Source of the DNA: Mobula hypostoma
Lineage: Eukaryota
Direction of reading: 5' to 3'
Length of the DNA: 64,000 nt
NCBI RefSeq assembly: GCF_963921235.1
Contig: NC_086107.1
Span: forward strand, 99,326,001 to 99,390,000
This document shows, one piece after another, positions 11,901 to 23,900 of the stretch. Position 1 is the stretch's first letter. Each line of letters starts with the position of its first letter. The notes below the pieces were generated by a model. The model searched no databases, had not been told where the DNA came from, and saw only the letters and a program-made list of their open reading frames with translations. The translations under genes were made by a program, and so were the position numbers.

Positions 11901-14900
11901 CTATGGCAATGAATTCCATAGATTGCTAAAGAAATTCCTCTTCATCTCTGTTCTAAAGGGATATCCTTCTATTTTGAGGCTGTGTGCTCTGGTCATAAAA
12001 ACGCCCACTATAGGAAACATCCTCTCCACGCCCATCCTATCTAGGCCTTTCAATATTCAATTGGTCTCAATGAGATCCTCCTTATTCTTCTAAACTCCAG
12101 CGAGTACATGCCCAGAGCCATCAATTACTCCTCATACATTAACCCTTTCATTCCCTGGATCACTCTTGTGAACCTCCTCTGAACCCTCCCCAAAGGCAGC
12201 ACACCCATCTCTGGTGGAACTCAGTGGGTCAGGCAGCATCTGTGGAGGGAAATGGACGGTCAATGTTTTGAGTTGGGACCCTTCATCTAGGCGGGTAGGA
12301 TTGATAGTCACATGGTTGAAAATGGATACTGAAAGTAAGACAGCATAGATTTGTTGAGGAGGAATTGCCTGACCAGCTTGGTAGGAGTTTTTTGATGAGG
12401 TGACGGACTGAGCTGTTGCGGGTAATGCAATGGACATACATGGACTTGCAGAGGGCACTCGAAGGATGCCACATTAATGGCTTCTCAGCCGTGTTGAAAC
12501 ACGTGGCAAAAAGAGGCACTGGTGGCATAGAAAGGAAGCTGGGCAAGGTGTGCCACAGACAGTGGTGATGAAGACTCCACTTTGAACCATGTATTGTGAT
12601 AACCTAGATGAAGGCACTCAAGATAGAATTTGCTGATCTTATAAAGGTAGGAGTGAAGGGGATATACATAGGGGGATATAGATGGGTTAAGTAAGTGGGC
12701 AAATATAATATGGGATAATTCAAATTATCATTTTTGACAGGAATAATAAAACAAATATATATTATCCAAATGGTGAGAGATTTCAGAGCTCAGAGAGAGA
12801 GAGAGAGAGAGAGTATTCTAGGAGTACTGGTGCATGGAAGGTGCTGGCATGGAGGGCTAGGAATGACATGAAGGAAATCTGGAAGTTGAACCTGACCTAG
12901 AGAGCTTAAAAAGAGGATTTTCATAGCAGTCATAGAGTCCATTCTCACGTACGGATGCGAGACATGGACACTCACCAGGACGATGTGAAAGTCTCTAGAT
13001 GGTTGCTATACACGAATGCTCCGGATGGTTCTTGACGTGAGTTGGCAACAGCACATGACGAACACTGAGCTCTATAACAACCTACCGATGCTCACCACTA
13101 AAATCGAGGTGAGAAGACTGCAACTAGCGGGGCACTGTCTACGCCACCCCGAGCTACCTGCCAGCCTAGTCATCATATGGGAGCCCCAGCACGGGAGGAT
13201 GAACCCTGGGCGCCCTCCCAAGACTATGGTCAACACGCTCCTAGAAGACAGCGGCGCGGCTAATGTGTATGAACTGAACACACTGATGAGGGAGAGGGAG
13301 AAGTGGAGAGTCCTTCATCGTGCCCGATGCCGGCCCCCTAGGCCTGAATCGACGTAGTAAGTACTGGTGCACAAGTCACAAAAGGCTGGTACACAGGTAC
13401 AGCAGAAATCAGGAAAGTTACTGAACATTCTCCTTTACTGTTAGGGGAACTGAATACTTGAGTAAGAAAGGATGCGGATGCTGGAAACTGCAGCAACAAA
13501 CAAACTGCTGGAGGAACTGGTGAACGCAGCAGGCCAGGCAGCATCTCTAGGAAGAGGTACAGTTGACGTTTCAGGCCGAGATCCTTCATCAGGACTAACT
13601 GAAGGAAGAGCTAGTGAGAGACTTGAAAGTGAGAGGGGGAGGGGGAGATCCAAAATGATAGGAGAAGACAGGAGGGGGAGGGATGGAGCCAAGAGCTGGA
13701 CAGGTGATTGGCAAAAGGGATACGAGAGAATCATGGGACAGGAGGCCCAGGGAGAAGGAAAAAGCGGGGGGAACCCAGAGGATGGGCAAGGGGTATAGTG
13801 AGAGGGACAGAGGGAGAAAAAGGAGAGAGAGAGAGAGAAAGAATGTGTGTATATAAATAAATAACGGATGGGGTATGAGGGGGAGGTGGGGCATTAGTGG
13901 AAGTTAGAGAAGTCAATGTTCATGCCATCAGGTTGGAGGCTGCCCAGACAGAATATAAGGTGTTGTTCGTCCAGCCTGAGTGTGGTTTCATCTTTACAGT
14001 ACAGGAGGCCGTGGATAGATATCAGAATGGGGCCGTGTCCTGACGAAGGGTCTCTGCCCGAAACATCGACTGTACCTCTTCCTAGAGATGCTGCCTGGCC
14101 TGCTGCGTTCACCAGCAACTTTGATGTGTGTTGCTTGAATTTCCAGCATCTGCAGAGTTCCTCGTGTTTGCTGGAGGAACTGCTCAGCGGGTCGAGCAGC
14201 ATCTGTGGGGGGGTGGGAGGGTAGGAATTGTCAACGTTCCACAAGGAAACCCTGCGAAGGGATTAAGAGTGGAGGCATGAGATGGCCTGCGTGCAATGGA
14301 GAAGTGGGGGGGAGGGGTGATCGGCGGACTGAGGAGGAGGAAAAGGTGAAGGGCAGGTTGTACCAGGTGAGGAGAGGAGGGGGTGGAGTTGGACGATAGT
14401 AGCAGGTGCATTATTATGTAAATAGCAAAGGTAATGAGGTTATGTTTCAGTTACACCAGCAAGAGCACGTCTGCAGTACTGTGCGCTGCATTGCCCTCCT
14501 CACTGAAGAATGAAGTTAATGTTTTGGAAACAGTCGAATGTTTACTGGACTGTGATGTGGAAGGGATGGATCATCTTATGAGAAAACACTAAACCAGGCT
14601 GTCGTTGTACTTTTTAGTGTTTTACAGTGGAGAGGACCTGGCAGAATTATTTCAGAGCGCGAGAGATCTTGTTGGGCAGATGTGCAGCGGGTGTTTCTTC
14701 ATAAGGTAGAATCTTGACTGGGCGTCACTGTTTAACGCTAAAGGGTCACCCGCTTGTCACTCTTTAACGCTAAAGGGTCACCCGCTTAAGGCAGGAATGG
14801 TGTGATTTTGTTTTCTTGGTGCCTTTCATTGTTGCCACACTTCTTTTAACACTGGTTGAAGCCACGTTTGAATATTTTTACAATACAGGTAGAAGAATTA

Positions 14901-17900
14901 TTGTTCAGCAAAGGGGTGATGGTTTACTATGGGACCAGAATAGCAGAGCTTGAGGGGCCGAGGGGCCTACTTTCTGCATTGATACGTTTGCGATTGGCTG
15001 GAGCTCACCTTGAGTTCGGAGAGGCCTGGGTCACGTGGAGCCTGTTGCCATGGAGAGGAAGAGTCGCTGGTTAGCCACGAGGGAAGGTATGGCTCAGTTG
15101 GGATTAACTGTGACGGAGGAATCAGCCATCCTGTGGAGAGACACAGGCTGACGCTTTAGTCAGGGGAAAGCCAGCCTGCTTTGTTAGGGAGAGATTGTGT
15201 TTAACTGCTGAGTTTCTGAAGTTGATAGTTGGATGAGATATACATGGGCCTTGACAAAGCTTCACACAGCTCGGACTTTAGTGCACTCCCACCAGGGAAT
15301 GTGTGGCACAGTCCATACAAAGTAGAATGATACAGCACAGTGTGGGACCTACAGCCCCCAATATTTCACTAAGCCGTATAATCCTATTCCACAATCAAAC
15401 TACACACCCCATGACCCTCCATGTTCCTGTCTAAGAGTCTCCTACTGTATCAGCCTTCACCACAATCCCTGGCGGTGTGTTCCTGCTGGCACCTACCACT
15501 CTCTGTGCCTTAAACAAAAATGTCCTACCTCTGATATTCCCCCCTGTACTTTCCTCCATTCACTGACATTGGCCATTGCTGCCCTGGAATAAAAGGTGCT
15601 GGCTGGCCACTCTGTTCACCCCGCCTCTCATGATCTTACACCCCTCTAACAAGTCGCCTCTCCGCACTGCCACTAACCTATGAGTTCCATCTTCCAAAGT
15701 GCATCACTTCATGGTATTTGCCCATTTGGTAAAGCAGGCACAGCAAGTAAGAAATAAAGCAGGAATGCTGGAAGAACCCATCAGATCTGGCAGCGGCTGT
15801 GGAGAGAGGAATAGCTAACGGCCAACCTGGAACATCAACAATGTCTCTTTTCGCAGACGCTGCCTGACCTGCCGGGTGTTTCCACTGCTTCGTTTTTATT
15901 TCAGATTGTCAGCGTCTGCAGCGTTTTGCTTTATAATTGCAGCGAGCGTGCAGCCACAGCATCAGACGTCGATGTATACAGTAATGGGGATCTCCACAGC
16001 CCTGGCGGTCTACAGTGTGTCCGTCACAGTGATCGTGCTCGTCAAAGGGAAGGTCAGTAGGATTGTGGGGTGGTGATACCACCCACAGCTGATATCTGCA
16101 CTCTGATATAGAGCTCTCTCAACTTTTTCTCATCAAATCTGGTCTCTAATCCAGGCAGCATCCTGGTAAATTTCCTCTGGCCCTTCTTTAAAGCTTTCAC
16201 ATCCTTTTTATAATGAGGCAAGCAGCAATGAACACAATACTCCTGTGGTCTAACCAGAGATAAAACATTACCTCATGGTTCTGGAACTCAATTCCCCAAC
16301 TAATGAAGGCCAACACCCAATATGCCTTCCTAAACAACCTATCAACTCGAGGGGTAACTTGGAGGGATCTATGCACTTGGACCCCGATGATGGAGGGGGA
16401 TAGGGGAAGCCCAGTGATGGAGGAGGCAGAGGTGACCCGGGGTTGGAGAGACAAGTGATGGGAGAGGTAGGGAGGACCAATGATAGATTATGAAGACATG
16501 CAGTCCTCTTTTATTGTCATTCAGTAATGCATGCATTAAGAAATGATACATTATTTCCTCCGGTATGATATCACAAAACACAGGACAGACCAAGACGGAA
16601 AAAACTGACAAAACCACATAATTATAACATATAGTTACAGACAGTGTAACAATACCATAACTTGATGAAGTCCGTGAGCACAGTAAAGTTCAAAGTCTCT
16701 CAAGTGTCCCACATCTCCCGCAGACGGGAGAAGGAAGAAAAACTCTCCCTGCCATACCCAACCACGGTCCGACTCTGAGTCATCCGAAAACTTCGAGCTC
16801 TGATCAGCTCTCCGACACCGAGTACTAAGCGCCATCTCTGTCCGAGCCATTCAACCTCCTTCTCAGTTGCCAAAATCAGGCAAGGCCAGGGATTTTGAGG
16901 CCTACCCTCCGAAAGATTCCCAACCATGCAGTAATGACAGCAGCGAACGGGCATTTCAGAAATTTCTCCAGATGTTCCTCTGTGCTTTCACGTCCATCTC
17001 CATCAAATCAGAATTGTCCACGGCCCCTATTTAACAGATACAATATCATTTTTCACCCGAAGATGGCACACTGGAGGGGATGGAGGGAGCAGAGTTGGAG
17101 GAGGTAGGGGGCCCAGTGATGGGGGAGGAAGAGGGGGTACCAGTGATGGGGGAGGAAGGGGGGGACCAGAGATGGGGGAGGAAGGGGGGTACCAGTGATG
17201 GGGGAGGAAGGGGGGGACCAGAGATGGAGGAGGAAGGGGGGACCAGAGATGGGGGAGGAAGGGGGGTACCAGTGATGGGGGAGGAAGGGGGGTACCAGTG
17301 ATGGGGGAGGAAGGGGGGGACCAGAGATGGGGGAGGAAGGGGGGTACCAGTGATGGGGGAGGAAGGGGGGACCAGAGATGGGGGAGGAAGGGGGGCCAGT
17401 GATGGGGGAGGAAGGAGGATCAGTGATGGGGGAGGAAGGGGGGACCAGAGATGGGGGAGGAAGGGGGGTACCAATGATGGGGGAGGAAGGGGGGACCAGA
17501 GACAGAGGAGGTAGGGGGCCCAGTGATGAGGGAAGAAGGGGGGGCCAGTGATGGGGGAGGAAGGGGGATCAGTGATGGAGGGACCAGTGATGGGGGAGGA
17601 AGGGGGGTACCAGTGATGGGGGAGGAAGGGGGGTACCAGTGATGGAGGAGGTAGGGGGGACCAGAGATGGAGGAGGTAGGGGGCCCAGTGATGGGAGAAT
17701 AAGGGGGGGCCAGTGATGGGGGAGGAAGGGGGGGCAGTGATGGGGGAGGAAGGGGGATCAGTGATGGAGGGACCAGTGATGGGGGAGGAAGGGGGGGCCA
17801 GTGATGGAGGGGATGGAGGGACCACTGATGGGGGACTTAGGGGAACCAGTGATGGAGGGGATGGAGGGACCAGAGATGGAGGAGGTAGGGAAGCCCAGTG

Positions 17901-20900
17901 AGAGAGGATGGATGGCCCAGTGATGACGGAGGAGGTAGAGGTGGTCCAGTGATGGAGGGGGTGGAGGGCCCAGGATGGAGGAGGTAGGGAAGCCCAGTGA
18001 GAGAGGATGGATGGCCCAGTGATGACGGAGGAGGTAGAGGTGGTCCAGTGATGGAGGGGGTGGAGGGCCCAGGATGGAGGAGGTAGGGAAGCCCAGTGAG
18101 AGAGGATGGATGGCCCAGTGATGACGGAGGAGGTAGAGGTGGTCCAGTGATGGAGGGGGTGGAGGGCCCAGGATGGAGGAGGTAGGGAAGCCCAGTGAGA
18201 GAGGATGGATGGCCCAGTGATGACGGAGGAGGTAGAGGTGGTCCAGTGATGGAGGGGGTGGAGGGCCCAGGATGGAGGAGGTAGGGAAGCCCAGTGAGAG
18301 AGGATGGAGGTGCTGATGTCCCAGTGGCTGAGTTAGAAGAGATAGAGTAATGGAGGGGCCCAGTGACAGAGGGTGGAGGTAGTCCACTGATGGAGGACTG
18401 GCCCACAACCACAACCCCCGTCCCGTGGACAGACTCCAAACATCGCCATGTTTTCCCATTGCTCGGATTTCTCAGGGCTCTGTGGAGCCACAATCAGCCC
18501 ATCGCTGTCTTGACATCGGGGACCTCAGCCCTGGAGCTCGACTCTCTGCGACGCACGTTGGCCCAGGAGGTCCCAGTGAAATCCAGTCCGGGCAGCGGTG
18601 ATCGAGTAAAGAGTGAGTGGGTGCCTTGCGTTAGCGTGTCAGCGGTGCAGTGCCGAGTGTAACTGTACGGAGCAGAACTCCAGTACTCCGCTGGGGAGCT
18701 GTCCGTTCCCCATCCCGTCTCTCAGCTGCCTTGTGATGTCTCCCAGAGTGAAGGGAATTGGCTGAAGACGGGCTCCAGCTGTGCCGGGCCTAACCTTGCC
18801 CCGAAAAATCGATGCAGCTGTAAAGAAGGCAAAACAGCGACTATACTTCATTAGGAGTTTGAAGAGATTTGGTATGTCAACAAGAACACTCAAAAACTTC
18901 TATTGATCTACCGTAGACAGGCTGCATCACTGTCTAGTATGGCGGCGGGGTGGGGGGGGGGGGCTACTGCACAGGACCGAAAGAAGCTGCAGAGGGTTGT
19001 AAATTTAGTCAGCTCCATCTTGGGTACTAGCCTGCAAAGTGCCCAGGAAAATTGCTGGTGAACGCAGCAGGCCAGGCAGCATCTAGAGGAAGAGGTACAG
19101 TCGACGTTTCGGGCGGGCCGAGACCCTTCGTCAGGACCGAACCGTCGACTGTACCTCTTCCTACAGATGCTGCCTGGCCTGCTGTGTTCACCAGCAACTT
19201 TTATGTGTGTTGCCTGAAATTCCAGCATCTGCAGAATTCCTCGTGTAAAGTACCCAGGACATCTTCAAGGAGCGGTGTCTCAGAAAGGCAGCGTCTATAT
19301 TAAGGGCCCCCGGCACCCAGGGCGTATTCTTTTGTCACTGTTACCATCAGGAAGGAGGTACAGAAGCCTGAAGGCACACACTCAGCGATTCAGGAACAGC
19401 TTCTTCCCCTCTGCCATCCGATTCCTGAATGGACATTGAACCCGTGAACACTACCTCACTTTTTAAATATGTATTATTTCTGTTTTTGCACAATTTTTAA
19501 TCTACTCAATATACATATACTCTAATTGATTTTTTTTTTACTTTTTTTTCTATATTATGTAACGCATTGAACTGCTGATGCTAAGTTAACAAATTTCACG
19601 ACACATGCCGGTGATAACAAACCCGATTCTGATTCTGCCGGGATCTTCGTGTTGTTTCCTTGCCCATAGCCTTCCCACTGAATGCGGTTATGAGTGCCTC
19701 GCCTCACATGCCGAGGACAGGGGCAGTTTCCCGGGCCACTTCCTCAGTTACTGTAGCGGTGGACTGCGCCCGGCCCTGTCTGGGTGTTTACTGCTCCAGG
19801 CTCACCTGGGCGCATTCCTCACCGAACCTGACCGGGTCCCCTGGCCGGAGGGAAAGGAGCGGTCAGCCGGTAAGGATACAGTTGCAGTGGGTAACGGTTC
19901 GACTGCGGCTGTTGGGTCACGGGACAGGCAGAGCTGAGTCTATCCCGTCCAACACAGATCTGGTTTAGGATTGTGTGAATAAAACACGCGAGAGTCGTTT
20001 TATGTGTTAACAAAAGCCGCAACCCTTCACTTCCGAACAAACCGAAAGCAGTCGCCTCTTGCACTGACGTCATTATTTCAGGCACCATCTCTTAAAGTTC
20101 AGCAACTCGACGATGGTGTTTGTGAATTATGTGGAACAGTTTCTATTAAGAACAATATGTGTCGTCTGTCACCCAGTACGTTACCCACAGCAACACAGAG
20201 CCCGGTGCTGCAACAAATTCAGGCTCTGTCAGGGCGCCCTCGGTAACACATACAAGAGAAAATCTGCAGATGCTGGAAATCCAAAGCAACACACACACAC
20301 ACACACACACACTGCTGGAGGAACTCAGCAGGCCAGGCAGCATCTATGGAAAAAAGTACAGTCGACTTTTCGGGGTTCGGCCCAAAACGTCAGCTGTACT
20401 TTTTCTCTGTAGACACAGCCTGGCCTGCTGAGTTCCTCCAGCATTTCGTGTGTGTTGCTCGGAAACACAGGACTCTTCTCCGCAATGTCACTGGGCAGGT
20501 GCTTCAGATACCGGCGGGCGGTTTAAGGGCTTTATTGCGTGTGTCCCGTCACTGCCACAGACCCGGTCTGGCAGCTCTGTCCAGCTGGTCAAAGGTGGGG
20601 ACTACAAAGCCACATCTAACGATGGTCTTTGAACTGCGTCACCCACAATGACTTCAATATCCCGGCTCCGTCCAGTGTCCCTCCCTCCTGAGGAGTACTG
20701 ATTCATCAACTGAGGGAGCTAGGTTGGTGGCCACCAAGAGGAGATTCCCTTGCCGTCCTTCAGCCTGAAGCCATGGGATCCAGAGAGCATTGCGAATGAC
20801 GGTGCAGAAACAGCCCACACCAACCCGCACCACCCCTGTACAATGACCCATTTGACTTCTCCCAACATTTCCCTCAATACCATCCAAATTACTGCAGCCA

Positions 20901-23900
20901 TTTAAGCTTCCAACCTTCACATCTTTGAGATGTGGGAGGATTCTTGGAATTCATTTCCACAGACGCTGTGGAAGCCAAGTCATTGGGTACATTTAAAGTT
21001 GAGTTTGACCAGTAAAGATGTCAAAGGTTAGAGGGAGAAGGTAGGAGGACGGGGTTGAGAGGGATAGTAAATCAGCCAGGATCGAATGGTGGACCAGACT
21101 GGATGGGCCAAATGGCTTGAGTCTGCTCCAATGTCTTATGGTCTAATGGAAACTGGAGCATCCCGAGGAAACCCATGTAGTCACAGGGAGAACGTGCAAA
21201 CTCCACCCAGACAGCACCTGTGTCTCTGGTGTTGTGAGGCAGTAGCTCTACTAGCTGCATCGCTGTGCCCGTTGAGGGATCGAAGGGCCCCTTCCTCTCC
21301 CCTGTAGACCTCCGTGATGCCACCTTCAGGCCCGGTGGTCAAACCCTGCACCACCAAGGGATTCTGCAGATGCTGGAAAACTGAAGCAACACACACAAAA
21401 TGCTGGAGGAACTCGGCCAGTCAGGCAGCCTCTGCGGAGATAAATGGTCATCGATCCTGATGAAGGGCCTTGGCCCGAAATATTGACCATTCATCTCTCT
21501 CTGTAGATGCTGCCTGCCTTGCTGAGTTCCTCCAGAACCTTGTGTGTGTTGCCCAAACCTTGAGCCCCCATTGTTTCTTCCCCTTCCCATCGGACAGAAG
21601 ATACAAAACCCAGAGATCATTTGCCACCATGCCCTCGGGCAGATACAAAACCCAGAGATCATGTGCCACCATGCCCTAGGGTAGATACAAAACCCAGAGA
21701 TCATGTGCCACCATGCCCTAGGGTAGATACAAAACCCAGAGATAATGTGCCACCATGCCCTAGGGTAGATACAAAACCCAGAGATCATGTGCCACCATGC
21801 CCTAGGGTAGATACAAAACCCAGAGATCATGTGCCACCATGCCCTAGGGTAGATACAAAACCCAGAGATCATGTGCCACCATGCCCTAGGGTAGATACAA
21901 AACCCAGAGATCATGTGCCACCATGCCCTAGGGTAGATACAAAACCCAGAGATCATGTGCCACCATGCCCTAGGGTAGATACAAAACCCAGAGATCATGT
22001 GCCACCATGCCCTCGGGCAGATACAAAACCCAGAGATCATGTGCCACCATGCCCTAGGGTAGATACAAAACCCAGAGATCATGTGCCACCATGCGCTAGG
22101 GCAGATACAAAACCCAGAGATCATGTGCCACCATGCCCTAGGGTAGATACAAAACCCAGAGATCATGTGCCACCATGCCCTAGGGTAGATACAAAACCCA
22201 GAGATCATGTGCCACCATGCCCGAGGGCAGATACAAAACCCAGAGATCATGTGCCACCATGCCCTCAGGCAGATACAAAACCCAGAGATCATGTGCCACC
22301 ATGCCCTCGGGCAGATACAAAACCCAGAGATCATGTGCCACCATGCCCTAGGGTAGATACAAAACCCAGAGATCATGTGCCACCATGCCCTAGGGCAGAT
22401 ACAAAACCCAGAGATCATGTGCCACCATGCCCTCGGGCAGATACAAAACCCAGAGATCATGTGCCACCATGCCCTCGGGCAGATACAAAACCCAGAGATC
22501 ATGTGCCACCATGCCCTCGGGCAGCTTCCACCCCACTGTTATAAAACACTTGAATTGAACCTCTTGTGCACTAAAGATGAAGTCTTGCTCTCTCAATCTA
22601 TCTCATCGTGGCCCCTGCATTTTATTTGTCTACCTGTGCTGCACTTTCTCTGTAACTGTAACACAACACTCTGATTTCTCTTTTGTCCTGCCTTGAGGTA
22701 CTTACAGTATAAATGGAATGATTCATCTGGGTGGCCTGCGGACCAAAGATTTTCACTGTACATGTGACAATAATAAGCCAGCTACCAATTATATATATAT
22801 GTTCTTTATGTTCTAGACCTGGTCCCGGTGTAAATCCTACTGGACGAAAACTCCCAATGGGAACGTCACTGAGAAGGTAAGATCCAGGCTGCTTCCTTTC
22901 GCCCGCTCCAGGATTGAGCAGTATAGTGAATTAAATCGTTGTTGAGTACAAGGTTTATAATTATGTAGTGAAGATGTTTGAAAGTGCCCTGTAGCCAATG
23001 AGGTGCTACTTAAATGTAGGGATTGTCGCAAATTGTGAACTTCAGCACCCAGTCTGAGCACAGGAACCTCCCAAACATCACTATATCATCTCTTCAAATG
23101 GTGTTTGTTGTGGTTGTGCCACACCTTTGGGAAAACACCACCTCATCTCTGGATGTTGTGCTGGGACGTAAACACAAGAACCGAACAGCAACACCTCAGC
23201 TCAGCATCGCGTCCAAACAAGTATAAGAAATAGGGGCAGAACCAGGCCATTTGGCCCCTTGATCCTGCTAGACCATTCAACCAGATGGTGGCTGGTCTTT
23301 AATCTCGGTGCCACCCACACCCTGTGCTCTCCTAAACATTTAAAACCCTTTCAATCTCTGTTAGTGCCTCTTTCCCCACCTTCCTCTCAAAGGGTCCGAG
23401 GATTCATTTTATTATCGAAGTATGTATGCAGAATACAACTCTGAGGTTCGTCTTCTCCAGATAGCCACGAAGTAAAGAAAAACCGTGGAGGTAGTTGAAA
23501 GAAAAGATATCAGCCCCCACCCCCGCAAAAAAGAAAATGAAACAAAAACTCGCAGACCTGAAAATCCCAACCCTTCCCTCGCACAGAAACTAACAGATTG
23601 TCCACATGGAAATTCGCAGCTAGAACATCAAACCCCAAACCCCCAGTCCCCTCTCTCATTAGGCAGGGAAATCCAAAGATTCCCTGCCCTATCGGTGATA
23701 AACATTCTTCTCAGCTCTATCCTGAATGGCTGGCCCCTTCCTTTGGAGAATCTGACCCTTGGTTCTACACGCAAAGGTACGAAATCATAGTTTCACATCT
23801 TCTCTATAAAACTCCTTATGTTTCCATCAGGTTCCTTCTCATTGTTGTAAACCCCAGGGCAAAGACTCCTTCTGCTTAATCTCTCCTCATCAAGCACAAT

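Noticed and set aside
14725..14788. 32-bp direct duplication
   Set aside because: Local tandem duplication inside a decayed CR1 fragment; no sign of function.
8668..16052. CD28/CTLA4 orthologue
   Set aside because: No MYPPPY-like FG loop and no YMNM/YVKM tail; the tail has a split ITAM instead.
17046..18493. Proline-rich extensin-like ORFs
   Set aside because: Translation of the G-rich minisatellite; no splice or start context.
21339..22544. 42-bp array as a CRISPR array or a repeat protein
   Set aside because: Head-to-tail units with no unique spacers, eukaryotic context and no cas genes; the ORFs arise from a stop-free unit divisible by 3.
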